DNA of 64,000 nucleotides from Octopus sinensis (GCF_006345805.1 NC_043004.1:66650001-66714000), one strand, 5' to 3'. Positions 1 to 11,624 are shown, numbered from the stretch's first letter. The notes: a model not told the origin generated them from the sequence alone. Numbers and translations: made by a program.

Positions 1-144
1 CATTCTTTATGGGCCCACAGTTGTTACTCATGTTACCGGTGTTCTTATTCAAATTAGCAAACAATAATTTTGAAGATATATATAACTGAAGATATATATA
101 TATGTAAATGAATATATATAAATGAATATATATATATATATATA

Positions 145-218
<74 letters not shown>

Positions 219-243
219 TTCTATATTTTGATCGATTCCTCAC

Positions 244-388
244 TTCTCGCATTGTCTGTGCATCTTTCACTTTTGCAAGATTGTAACTGTTTAAAAATCT
301 GGTGAGTAATAATGTCAAACAGAAATCAAAAGCATCCAAACTCGTCTTCTTCCACAATGGACAGTCAGGTGTTACAAGTCCATCAAGG
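244..388 (-). CDS. Candidate internal exon, unknown gene (LDGLVTPDCPLWKKTSLDAFDFCLTLLLTRFLNSYNLAKVKDAQTMRE)
   Basis: 145 nt open in one frame between AG (390-389) and a GTGAGG donor. Competing exon readings exist on both strands (e.g. + 219-301). No homology recognised. Confidence 0.2.
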
Positions 389-685
389 CTATCAGGTTAT
401 GGATCACAAAGACAAATATAGATATTTACATACACACATAGATCACGCTAGCGTGCACAAAGTAATTCTACTGGGGAACATATCGAGGCATGCATATGAA
501 GTGATGTATACATATTTGTGCATGCACTATGAGAAGCTTCTTAAACATATATCGCTGCGTATCTTCTCTTCTTCACACGACAGTAGTGTTTTGATAATTA
601 CAGAATGTACGGTAATATATCCTTTAGATTAATGTATATATTATATATTTGGATTCATACACACATGTACATGCACACGTATTTA

Positions 686-687
<2 letters not shown>

Positions 688-756
<69 letters not shown>

Positions 757-757
757 A

Positions 758-788
<31 letters not shown>

Positions 789-919
789 ATATATATATAC
801 ATATATATGCATATATATATATTATTTATATATATATATAGAAATATATATATATATATGCATATATATATGCATATATATATATGCATATATATGTATT
901 TATATATATATATATATGC

Positions 920-968
<49 letters not shown>
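688..968. repeat. (CTAT)n followed by (TA)n microsatellite
   Basis: Direct reading; source of the [11 protein letters not shown] artefacts. Confidence 0.95.
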
Positions 969-970
<2 letters not shown>

Positions 971-1190
971 TTACTAATGACACACATACACACTTACATA
1001 TAAGCGGGTATGTGATGAGATAAACAAGCACAAACATATATTCAGTTCATTTTCCACTTTACGTTTATTGTTTATTTATTATTGATATCATTCTTGCCGT
1101 TATGTATTATGTGATATAAACATTTATGTCAACATCATTATTATCACGGTCATTATTATTATCATTATTATTATAATTATTATTTTTAAT

Positions 1191-1223
<33 letters not shown>

Positions 1224-1628
1224 TTAACTGTTCGTATTCAATTTCTCATTGTTATAAATTTATATTCACATCGATCTGAATACGAGAAAACTATGGCAAA
1301 TACACAAAGCTTCTATTTTCCAAAATGCAAATCAATGCAAAATATCTATCGAAATTTGAGTTCTTTCATGTGCACACACATTTGTTTTTCAATTTCTTGT
1401 CTTGCAAATGGATTTCATATTGTCCTATTCCTGTCTTTCAGCAAATAATGAGCGATTTTACTATTTGTTTTGTTCTTCCAGTTTCCTTCCAGCCAACTAT
1501 AGAGAAATTTTAAGCGTTGACAACAAAGAAAATAACCCCTATGCAATGCGTAATTGTAGCAATTATGGTTTGCATTCCGAAATATCTAGACAATTTTGAT
1601 TTCCTTTAAGACCGGATTGTAAATTGTC

Positions 1629-1675
<47 letters not shown>

Positions 1676-1678
1676 TGT

Positions 1679-1717
<39 letters not shown>

Positions 1718-1761
1718 TGAGTGCGTGTGAGTGTGTATGAGTGAGTATTTCCATAACTTAC

Positions 1762-1869
1762 CGTAACGTAATATAACGCATGGGCTAGAGTATAAAATTG
1801 TAGGCTTTTAATTTCCTGTGTAGCTAATAGTCTTGATGCAAAATTCTTCCATTTATTTCTTTCTTCGTT
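1762..1869 (-). CDS. Candidate 108-nt phase 0-0 exon (NEERNKWKNFASRLLATQEIKSLQFYTLAHALYYVT)
   Basis: TGTTTTCAG acceptor, G|GTAAGT donor, only one frame open. No homology recognised. Confidence 0.35.
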
Positions 1870-2437
1870 CTGAAAACATTTGGGAAATTACGATGCTCTG
1901 AATGTTTTTCTCTTTTAGAGATAACGTAGTTTCATGTAGAAAGTTTGGTAAATGTCGACGTAGTTGGCAACTACGCGTCTTTTAATGGCACTATGATTAT
2001 CAACTACCATTTCACAATCTATTTTCGAATTTTAAGCCAAGAGTCATATAGAACAATAGATTATCTGGCTTCCATAAACGTTATGAATATGGATACACAC
2101 ACACACACACACACATATATGAGTGTGTGTGTGTGTGTGTACAGGTGTATGTAGATATATTGATAGGTACATATATATATATAGATATATATATATATAT
2201 ATATATCTTTAGCTCAACACACATACATATATACATATAAATGGCGGCTAGAATGACTTGAAGTATAAGAGGTTATATTTGTTGCAAAATTGACATATAT
2301 ATTTATATACAAACAGATAGTATGATATGTTGTAAAAATTGATTTGAATCGCAATAGATTATATTTTAACTAAATCGAATATCAAAATCAACAAAGAATA
2401 TATCTGAGACGTAATATTGAAAATATATTTAATTCTG

Positions 2438-2788
2438 TAACCAATATCACAATGTTTGTTTACTTATTTCAAATAATAATGTATTCGTAAATCTGTATGT
2501 TTAAGTGTGTTTGTATAAATATTTCGAGATTGCGCTTGCTTTCCGATCACGTAATATACACCAATACATACATATTTATATTTTTTTGTGTTTACGCTCA
2601 TATGTATATAGAAATTAAATTCTGTGCACACACACACTCACATATTTATTATATGTAGAAGGTGTATATGAATATATTTCATACATTTATTTGTATATAC
2701 ATAAATGTGATACATCTTTATGTATGCATTAACACACACACACGCACACACACACACACACAGAGGCACCCCACCGATATATATATTG

Positions 2789-2845
<57 letters not shown>

Positions 2846-2885
2846 TATATAAATATATACACACAGATACACACACGAAAAGATA

Positions 2886-2916
<31 letters not shown>

Positions 2917-3979
2917 ATAGCATGAAGTACATCGTGTATAGTCTTAGAAACGCAACACTAAAATATATTTCATTGTAAAACATGTTTTGAGCTATAACCA
3001 ATAAAATGGCAAAAATATAAATATATATAAAAAATTGAAGCTAAAATTTAGAAAAATATTACTTTTGATCGAATCAGGAAAAAGCGACTGAAATTTTATA
3101 AATAAAACAAACTGCTTGTGGTGTGAAGTAAACTGCAAATGTTTAAAGCCATATATTTTTATTCCTAAATAGAAGCATTGGATGTCCACCAGTGAATATA
3201 TGTTATAATTTTACATTCTCTTTTACATGTTTCACTTATTTGTTCTATGGCAGCGCTTCGCAACCGCTATGCCACAGCGTCCTGGAATGCCTCGACATGA
3301 TAACAGGTGGGCCGCAGTGTAATTTGAATTTATTTTCCCTATAATCGATGTTACATTTTAGGTTTCGGTTTTCCACCGAATTTTGAAACGAATATAAGTT
3401 AACCGCAAGTGAAGAATTTTGCAGAACACTAGCTACGGTAATGTTTAGGCATCATGTTTCAGAGTTTATTCAAACTAAGTGATCCCAATCTTTACATGTG
3501 TTCTGGCAAACTTTTAAAGATTTGGTATGACTCCTTTTTTAATGTAGAGCTTCATGTGTTGGTGAACAATCAAATGCATCGCAGAGCTTAAAATTATATG
3601 TGTAGTTGAGAAAAGAGAGCTGACACGGAGGGATAAAAGCCGTGAAAATATTGGAAAGAGTGACATGTATCATGATAATTCGCACCAGTAACAAAATACC
3701 AACACCACGACTGCTGGTTATGCTCTGTGAACGATGTAAAGGCTATACGATGTAACATGGGCAACTGCTTCGGAAACTACAAAACGATGGCCACCAGGAA
3801 CGGATGCAACAGGATGAGAATGTAATGCAAATCTCGAGCAAAGGAATCTGATGTTGGCGTTAGAGATGGATAACCAATGTCACAATGTTTACTTATTTCA
3901 AATAATAATGTATTCGTAAATCTGTATGTTTAAGTGTGTTTCTATAAATATTTCGACATTGCTTTTGCTTTCCGATCAC
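2438..3979 (+). repeat. Dispersed ~110-bp direct repeat (2438-2550 and 3871-3979)
   Basis: Near-identical taaccaat...gtattcgtaaatctgtatgtttaagtgtg...ttccgatcac at both positions. Confidence 0.9.
3251..3700. mobile_element. Highly decayed hAT-like DNA transposon remnant
   Basis: CAGCGCTTCGCAACC resembles hAT TIRs. Minus strand has weak traces of the CTDGAxxM and HCxxHxxAL motifs with frameshifts. Confidence 0.25.
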
Positions 3980-4103
3980 ACGTATTATATTTCTACGTGT
4001 TTACGTGTTTACTACAATGAAGCTATCACTCATACAAAAGGTGTAAGGAATAAATTGTGACAGGCAAGACCAAAGAAAAACCGGGCATGAAGTGGAAACT
4101 AAC

Positions 4104-4172
4104 TTGGTCAATAGAAAATCCTTCTGTGTTTCTGTGTGTCGTGCAAGTGCTCCTGGCAGAATTTCTTTCCAT
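4104..4172 (-). CDS. Candidate 69-nt symmetric exon
   Basis: TTCCTCTTTCTCAG acceptor, GTTAGT donor. Two frames are open (WKEILPGALARHTETQKDFLLT or MERNSARSTCTTHRNTEGFSIDQ). Confidence 0.2.
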
Positions 4173-4248
4173 CTGAGAAAGAGGAACCTTGGATTCTTCT
4201 GGAGGTTCTTCTTCAAGTCAAGACTTCAAGTCTTCTTCACGTCAATCT

Positions 4249-4553
4249 GCAAGGGAAGCTCACCGCCATCAATTTCTTGTGTAGGAAGTTCACAGTGAAA
4301 AACTTTCACCATGAAGAAACCGCAGGGAAAGCATCATCATCAATTCATGATTTTTCTTTTTCAATAAAAGTTTTAACTATTAATAGTGAGATAGGAGAAT
4401 TATAATTTCTTGGTAAACATTTCTCTCGGTGAGCATTTCTCATGGTACACTTTCTTCATGTTGAAATGTTTTCACGGTGAACTTCCTTCACAATGGATTG
4501 ATGGCGGTGAACGTCCCTTGCAGTGAATTGGTGGCGGTGAAATTACCTGTAAT
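4249..4553. mobile_element. Degenerate MITE-like inverted repeat with TCACCG(C) subterminal motifs
   Basis: Arms 4249-4319 and 4451-4521 are imperfect reverse complements. The right side continues with further GGCGGTGAA motifs. Confidence 0.6.
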
Positions 4554-4624
4554 CCTCCCACGTACCATGAAACCCGAGAGTGTATTTTGGGCAACGTTAT
4601 TTCGTTTATTATTATAGAATACAC

Positions 4625-4960
4625 GTTATTGAATAGGGCCTTACATCCAATTCAGAAGTCTACGTGATGCTACTGGAGACTCTGTTCAAACTTTGGCTAT
4701 AGAGAATTAGTCGGCTCTTTGCCATACCACCGGAAAGAATCAGAGGTGGTTGTAAGATAATTCCAATGGTATCGTGACCCTCAATTTCTGACCTAAATTT
4801 CCCGATTGAAATCTTTTGAATTGTTACGTGCTGGCCGCTCTGTTGCCGCCCCAAGACTGAGATACTGGTGAAGATCAAAGAGGTGACCAAAGATATTTCG
4901 AGACTCTATGGAGAATGCATACACCAGGCTCCAGAAACGACTTTGAGTAAGCAGTTATCT
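4625..4960 (+). pseudogene. Decayed Tc1/mariner transposase fragment, maT (DD37D)-like
   Basis: Broken translation NSEVYVMLLETLFKLWL ... ALCHTTGKNQRWL*DN ... NF*PKFPD*NLLNCYV matches APCHT...WL..NF...WPPNSPDLNPLDYYVW. Confidence 0.65.
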
Positions 4961-5170
4961 CTCTGCTGTAACATAGTTGATGGCTTTCGATTTTTTTAAA
5001 TACTTTACTTTGAGATTGTATGTTTTCTTTTCGTATATGTGACACCCGGTTTTCCATACAGTTTCCATCTATCAAATTTAATTAGAAGGACCTGAATGGT
5101 CCTACGATACAGTAAAAGTCACTTAAGGATTTCGCGAAAAGTGACTTATCCATGGTTTCGCCGCTCAGGG

Positions 5171-5208
<38 letters not shown>

Positions 5209-5320
5209 GATTATTATGCTCAAATACAATACCTGTTGAATGAATACAATAAAATCACTAGTAAATATCACATACATATATACGTATATACATGCTTCCA
5301 TACATACATACATACATAAT

Positions 5321-5386
<66 letters not shown>

Positions 5387-5879
5387 GCATAAAACCCTGC
5401 ATGTATCAGCCTGATGCAAACATAATAGAGAACAGGAATGTGAAAAAGAATAGTGATATATGTCATTCTCCGAGAAATGCAAGAAATGAAGTATAATCTT
5501 CAAAATATGAGAACAAGACCACAAATGCGAACAAATGGTAAAACAGACAAGTTACTTCCTGCTACGCTTTATGGGATGTTAGATACCAAATATGATGATG
5601 TTTAATCCACATAACCCGTGAGATGAATAGTATTATATAAAATCTTAGTTATTTAGTACGTTATTTGAGACTTTTTAAGACTGAAATTGCATTGAGAAAT
5701 TAATAATCTTTGAAATTAAATCCTCTTAAATTTAAGAATTTTTAACTATTGGAGACGCATTTTATTACAATTCAGAATATAATTTATTTCATTTAAAATA
5801 TGTTGTATGCATAAGCATTTCAATACACAGTTCCTTAGGAAATTCAATGTAGCTTATAATCGCGCAGGCTCTTACTTAT

Positions 5880-5910
<31 letters not shown>

Positions 5911-6592
5911 ATATACAGATACTGAGTGAGTGAAAGAGAGAAATTTAACTTGAGAGCAAACGAGGCAAAATGGTTGTCTTAAACCTTGACGGAATTAAAA
6001 TTGGTTTTGCTACGAATTAAACAAAGGGAAACTACGCTTAATAGATAAAGTATACGTAAGCATGTTTATCTTGTGATACGTGTCTTCACCTTGATTAGAT
6101 GTCACAATGCCTGAATGATTCGCATTATGCCTTCTACACGTTTTACCGATGGGCTGCACTTGATACAAAATTTAGACATCGTTGATCTGCATAGCCCCAG
6201 TTCACTTTATTAAAAGGAATAACATAATAATATGTTTCTATCCGTGTATACCTTATATATATATTAGTTAATAAAATGAATAGGTTATACCTGGTATCTT
6301 ACTGGTAAAGTACAGTCACTTTAAACATTAGTGTTCGTTGTGTACATGGTAAATGAAAGACGAAAGACGTGAGGTAGCGATTCCAGGTGTGTCGAAACAT
6401 TTGTAGTGATTAATAAAAATTCTCATACCTTCTATCTTCCGTCTTTCATATATCATATATACAAATACACACAAGTATATATATATTCATGTATTTGGAG
6501 ATGGTCATGTAGTCAGTTTAACCAATGAAATCACACGCACTATACATTTGGTGTTCACTTGCTTCAAGGTTATTTTATATTAATTGTATTTC

Positions 6593-6637
6593 GGCCAGAC
6601 TTCTATTATCACACTTCTATGACCTCATCAGTGGTCC
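6593..6637 (-). ncRNA. Degenerate minimal hammerhead ribozyme motif
   Basis: ggacca CUGAUGA g gucau-agaagu-gugau aaua gaaguc uggcc; GAAA is mutated to AAUA. Confidence 0.5.
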
Positions 6638-6687
6638 TTTCCTTTCTTCGTTCTTTTTCTGGTTTCTCCTGACTAACGATCTGCCAA

Positions 6688-6731
6688 TGGCACTGATGAT
6701 GTTACGGAAGTGTGACGAAATAACTCTGGTC
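6688..6731 (+). ncRNA. Minimal hammerhead ribozyme motif with weakened stem I
   Basis: ca CUGAUGA u guuac-ggaagu-gugac GAAA uaac UC ug; core intact, stem I reduced to 2 bp. Confidence 0.6.
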
Positions 6732-6881
6732 GAAGTACAATTAATATAAAATAAAGCTGAAGTAAGTGAACACCCAATATATAGTGCGTGTGTTTTTATT
6801 GGATAAACTGATAAACTGTCTATCCCCAAATACAGCAATATCTGTTTCAACACACGAATTCACATCAAGAATCTTTCAAAA

Positions 6882-6885
<4 letters not shown>

Positions 6886-6973
<88 letters not shown>
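6886..6973. repeat. Long pure (TA)n tract
   Basis: Direct reading; lies between the 3' ends of two hammerhead-bearing elements. Confidence 0.95.
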
Positions 6974-6975
<2 letters not shown>

Positions 6976-7120
6976 GGAGTAAACACATAAATGTGAAACA
7001 ATGTGGAAAGAAGAGTACTCAAATACCAGTGGTAAAGTAATATGCTTTATTTAAAGCAGCAGAAAATCAACAAAACCTGTTACTCTGAGTTTCCAGTTGC
7101 CGTTCATCGGACAGTTTTTA
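6974..7120 (-). mobile_element. Short Penelope-like/retrozyme-like fragment ending at (TA)n
   Basis: Contains hammerhead motif 7077-7114; downstream sequence runs into the (TA)n tract at 6973. Confidence 0.6.
7077..7114 (-). ncRNA. Minimal type I hammerhead-like motif, CCGAUGA core
   Basis: cugu CCGAUGA a cgg-caa-cug GAAA cuc-a-gag UA / acag; stem I 4 bp, GUA triplet. Confidence 0.65.
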
Positions 7121-7148
7121 TATATTTGTATGTATGCATGTGTATGTA

Positions 7149-7369
7149 TCCGAGAGGCTGCTGAAATGTTCCTCGCTTTAAGGATATCGAGAAAGGCCTG
7201 GCTTGAAGTCTAAAATGTCGAGTTCTTATACAAGGCTTAAAGAACGTGAAGGACCGCTGCAATAAGGGTGTGAATGTGAGAAGGGATTATGTTGAATAAA
7301 ATCATAACTAACGAATTCTTCCGCATTTTCTTTTACTGAAAACAAGGTACTTTGCTGTACCCTTACGTA
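7149..7369 (+). mobile_element. Mariner-derived MITE, degenerate
   Basis: Imperfect TIRs (cgagaggctgctgaaatgttcc / ggtactttgctgtacccttacgta). Internal remnant of the transposase C-terminus (gaaggaccgctgcaataag...tatgttgaataa). Confidence 0.6.
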
Positions 7370-7612
7370 TATTTTGTCTATATATACATGTATGCCCTAT
7401 ATAAGACAATGTAAAATTCCTTTTGTTGACCATTATTAGTTCGTCAGTGCCATTATAGCTCACCAATTTAAAACAATTTATAACAGAAACATTTGACAAA
7501 GGTTATATTATGGTGATCACTTAAAGCTTCTCGTCCGCATAAACCGTTTTACTATTCAAACCACAATACAACACTCTTACATGAATTATGAACGATAATC
7601 TACTCCCAGTGA

Positions 7613-7900
7613 AAGCTCATAGCTTAGCGGTTAGTGTATTCGCCTCACGATTTTAAAGTCGTGAGTTCGGTTTCCGGGGGCGCGTTGTGTCCTTGATTAT
7701 CACACTTTATTTCGCGACTGCCCCTGTCCACTCATCTGACAAAAATGAGTAGTGCCTCTATTTCAAAGGTCCAGCCTTATCCCATTCTGTGTCACACTCG
7801 CGTGACTGTGGAATGCTCAGCCACTTGCGCGTTAATTTCTCTTGTAGGCTATTTCGTTGATCGGATCTACTAGATCCCTTTTTGTCATAACCGACAGCGT
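7613..7900 (+). mobile_element. tRNA-headed SINE, family D, degenerate
   Basis: tagcttagcggttag A-box and gtgagttcggtttcc B-box-like head. Body is shared with 22715-23020 and tail with 50030-50206. Confidence 0.7.
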
Positions 7901-8452
7901 GCTAATCTACTCGCATTATTATATGATTACCGAGAAATGCATCCCATGCCTATTGTTGATATTATGCAGAGCAAAAATGCTGTACGTATCCAGAAGATTC
8001 GAAGGTGTCATTTTCTCATCTATTTGAAATACAAGCGTGCAACATTTTATATCATTATTTGTGCATGAGCAACAGTGACCATGCACAATATCTGGAGTAT
8101 TTAAGCCTTATATTTTCAATACAGTTGTGGATAGGCTTTACTGTGTACATACCTATGTCAATTTTCTTGGAACAAATCCATAATAAATTATTATTCTACA
8201 AGTATCCTCAGATTTTCTAGCAAGTGACCCGAGAATACATTGTACAGTATGTTCTTTTCAGAAATCTTATGGCAGTAGAGGGTTATATGAGAAAACTTTC
8301 GACTGTTATGTCTAGACAACTTTGTAAATAAGGACCTGGCGTCAGGTTTTAGATCAAATAATCTTCCTTATTCATGAATTCAAGTTGATCCTGTTACGCT
8401 GATAGATATATTAGCTACAAAAATAATCAACGTCTGTTCGTATTTCACCTTT

Positions 8453-9229
8453 GGGATCTTTTCCTTTTGAACGGCAGTTTTCAACACAATTTCTAGTTAC
8501 CTAAACACTTTTAAACTTCGTATACTGGTAGAATGTGTCAAAATAAAACATTTTTCTTGGCTTTCTTGAGGAAATTGTAATTTGTTTGTTTAACATAGTT
8601 TAATTTTTAGAATTTTAACCAATGAATCGCCTCTATTGAGCTAAAATCATTTGCTGCATCTAAAACTGAGACAACATTCTGTCACTGTTATGTTTACGTA
8701 AACAGCTATTTATACAGAATATCCGGAAAGCGTGTGTATAGCGTGTGTATAAAAATATAGAATTATTTTAATTGTTACGCGTGTGTCTAAAATTATTCGT
8801 TTTGTTTTGTTTTGAGTTTTTGCTTTCGTATTAGCCTTTCGTTTATTTTCTTAATTGTTAAATTAAAATTATTATCCATTGCTTTCGTTTTTTTTTCTTA
8901 ATTGTTATCCTTAAATTAATTTAACAATTAAGAAAAAAAACAAAAGGCTAAAATTTAGGGTTAGGGTTAGGGTTAGGGTGAAGGTAAGGGTTAGTGAAAG
9001 GATGTTGTCTCACTTTTAGATGCAGCAAATGATTTTAGCTCAAAAGAGGCCATCGATTGGTTAAAATTCGAAAAATTAAACTACGTTAAACTTACAAATT
9101 ACAATTATCGCAAGAAAGCCAAGAGAAAAAATGTTTTATTTTGACACATTCTACCAGTATACGAAGTTTAAAAGTGTTTAGTTAACTAGAAATTGTGTTG
9201 AAAACTGCTGTTCAAAAGGAATAGATCCC
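8453..9229. mobile_element. MITE/foldback element with ~225-bp TIRs and internal (TTAGGG)n
   Basis: GGGATC...ATCCC termini; 8453-8680 is the reverse complement of ~9001-9229. Flanks accttt/acattt are a possible 6-bp TSD. Confidence 0.85.
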
Positions 9230-10158
9230 ACATTTGGAAATATTACGGTATTAACATTCTTTATTCGGACAGTTACCTTGCCATTGGCCTGTATCTCTAT
9301 TGCGATGACATCACGTTCTTGTCTACTCGTCCGAAAATAGAAACCGGAGATAATTATCCGTAGTCATGTGACTCATCGCTTCACTGAATTTTGAGAGAAA
9401 ACAAAACAGCTAACTTTACATTAAACACTTCATTTCAAACTCATTAGTTCTTTAAAAGTTTCGTGATCCGATAATATGATTATTTTTGCCACTTAACATT
9501 GAAAACGAAATTTAATTCATTAATTGTTATTTCAGTTGCTTTTCTGCTTCATGAGAGTGGACGGTTATGCTTATTGAAACTAAAGATATAAGCTGACAAT
9601 ATTCAAACACATTCGATCGATGCAAAAGAGCCCGAAGTACTTTGATAGATCAATTTCATTAATTGCGGTAGTGACGGATTTTTTCTAACCAAGGGTTAAA
9701 TAATTATTAAGATAAATGATTTACACAAAAATAATTGCATCAACTTCCTGCAGCACAATCTATTCTGATTCGAATTGACAAATAACGATAATGATATGAT
9801 ACTTTGAAAGAGATAATGATTTATTGTAGACGAACATTTAAATGATTCATGCTACTGAGGTGACACATTTTGAGCTTCAGAGTATAAAGTTATCCAGTAC
9901 ATACACATTTTAGTAGCATTTAAAGTAAAAGCTAACGTATAAATAGTAATTTGCCTGGAACATTTCAATATATTCAGTTACGACTGACGATATTCAGAGT
10001 TCGAATTTCGCCTTCAATAACGTAAGATCAAAATAAATTTTAAGAAGGATTCCATTTCATTTTATTATATTCTCTCCGCTTCTCTCTCTCTTTCTCCCGC
10101 TCTCCCGGTATATATATATATATATGTACTAATAAGTAGAAAGGTAGGCAATCCACGA

Positions 10159-10962
10159 ATGTCCTCAGGAAGAGTGCCCTGCTCGATCTGTAGAAAAGGT
10201 GTAGGTAGAAACTCTATAAGATGTACCCAGTGTAAGCTATGGACACATAAGAGGTGCAGCAATGTCAAAGGTAGGCTAACTGGGAAGATAGTTTTTATAT
10301 GTGGCAGATGCTCGGGAGCATTGACCTCCGAAAATCTGCAGAAAACAACTTCCGTCACTCTCCAGGGGGAAAAATTAGAAGTAGTTGATAGCTTCCGTTA
10401 TCTAGGTGACCAAGTCAGTAGTGGGGGTGGGTGCGCTGAGAGTGTAACTGCTAGAATAAGAATAGCCTGGGCAAAGTTTAGGGAGCTCTTACCTCTGCTG
10501 GTAACTAAAGGCCTCTCGCTCAGAGTAAAGGGCAGACTGTATGATGCATGTGTTCAAACTGCCATGCTACATGGCAGTGAAACATGGGCCGTGACTGCTG
10601 AGGACATGCGTAAGCTCATGAGGAATGAAGCCAGTATGCTCCGATGGATGTGTAATGTCAGTGTACTTACTCGACAGAGTGTTAGTTCCCTAAGAGAAAT
10701 GTTGTACCTAAGAAGCATCAGTTGTTGCGTGCAAGAGAGACGATTGCGCTGGTATGGTCATGTGGCGAGAATGGATGAAGATAGGTGTGTGAGAAAGTGC
10801 CAATCCCTAGCAGTTGAGGGAACCCGTGGAAGAGGTAGACCCAGGAAAACCTGGGACGAGGTGGTGAAGCACGACCTTCGAACATTAGGTCTCACCATGG
10901 AAATGACTAGAGACCGAGACCTATGGAAGTATGCTGTGCGTGAGAAGACCCGGCAAGACTAG
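10159..10962 (+). CDS. C-terminal part of RTE reverse-transcriptase ORF with embedded PHD finger
   Basis: CSIC-x10-CTQC-x4-HKRC-x14-CGRC, then FRYLG, LHGSETW, RRLRWYGHVARM, RGRPRKTW. The frame is open upstream of the Met (VLISRK), so this is a truncated ORF rather than a true start. Confidence 0.9.
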   Translation: MSSGRVPCSICRKGVGRNSIRCTQCKLWTHKRCSNVKGRLTGKIVFICGRCSGALTSENLQKTTSVTLQGEKLEVVDSFRYLGDQVSSGGGCAESVTARIRIAWAKFRELLPLLVTKGLSLRVKGRLYDACVQTAMLHGSETWAVTAEDMRKLMRNEASMLRWMCNVSVLTRQSVSSLREMLYLRSISCCVQERRLRWYGHVARMDEDRCVRKCQSLAVEGTRGRGRPRKTWDEVVKHDLRTLGLTMEMTRDRDLWKYAVREKTRQD

Positions 10963-11146
10963 TGAAGCCATAACCCGTGACCCCTACCTGGGACGTAGTC
11001 AGTCCGCCTGTGAATAACTTCCTGCTTGTGACACTTGTGAAGAGCTGTTGAGGCAAATCAAATCAAAGTCAAATCGAATCAAGTCAAACCAAATCAAAAT
11101 AGATGAACATCAATGGAATTTGTATCCTTGTGGTACCAGTGCCGGT

Positions 11147-11410
11147 GGCACATAAGAAAACCATCCGAACGGGACCGTAGCCAGTACCGCATCGACTGGC
11201 CTCCGTGCTGTGGGCACATAAAAACACCATCCCAGCGTGGCCGTCTGCCAACCTCGTCTGGCACCTGTGTCGGTGGCACATAAAAACACCATCCGAGCGT
11301 GGCCGTCTGCCAGCCTCGTCTGGCACCTGTGTCGGTGGCACATAAAAACACCATCCGAGCGTGGCCGTTCGCCAGCCTCGTCTGGCACCTGTGTCGGTGG
11401 CACATAAAAT
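11147..11410 (+). repeat. 62-bp GC-rich tandem repeat (3 near-identical units plus 1 diverged) in RTE 3' UTR
   Basis: ggcacataa recurs at 11147, 11213, 11275, 11337 and 11399. Confidence 0.95.
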
Positions 11411-11624
11411 CACCCACTACACTCTCGGAGTGGTTGGCGTTAGGAAGGGCATCCAGCTGTAGAAACACTGCCAGATCTGACTGGCCTGGTGCAGCCTTCG
11501 GGCTCCCCAGACCCCAGTTGAACCGTCCAACCCATGCTAGCATGGAAAGCGGACGTTAAACGATGATGATGATGATGATGATATATATATATATATATAT
11601 ATAAATTATTTATATATATATATG

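Larger units (their letters stand above)
6490..6885. mobile_element. Penelope-like pLTR pair in inverted orientation, each arm with a hammerhead-like motif
   Basis: 6490-6640 and 6690-6835 are imperfect inverted copies. Same family as 35906-36890, which carries a GIY-YIG fragment. Ends at (TA)n. Confidence 0.75.
10126..11580 (+). mobile_element. 5'-truncated RTE-clade LINE with long 3' UTR and (GAT)n tail, inserted in (TA)n
   Basis: ORF 10159-10962, AAATC-type repeats, 62-bp tandem array, and an RTE-type end aggaagggcatccagc...ggacgttaaacgatgatgat. Confidence 0.9.

Noticed and set aside
8957-8991. TTAGGG run as a true telomere
   Set aside because: Only about four units, internal to a TIR element.
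9277-9383. Minus-strand segment with strong splice sites and a laminin-G-like peptide (GFYFRT...DVIAIEI)
   Set aside because: All three frames contain stops from the strong acceptor; the resemblance is too short to support.
11147-11410. 62-bp array as a CRISPR array
   Set aside because: Units are contiguous with no unique spacers, lie in a LINE 3' UTR, and there are no cas genes in this eukaryotic context.
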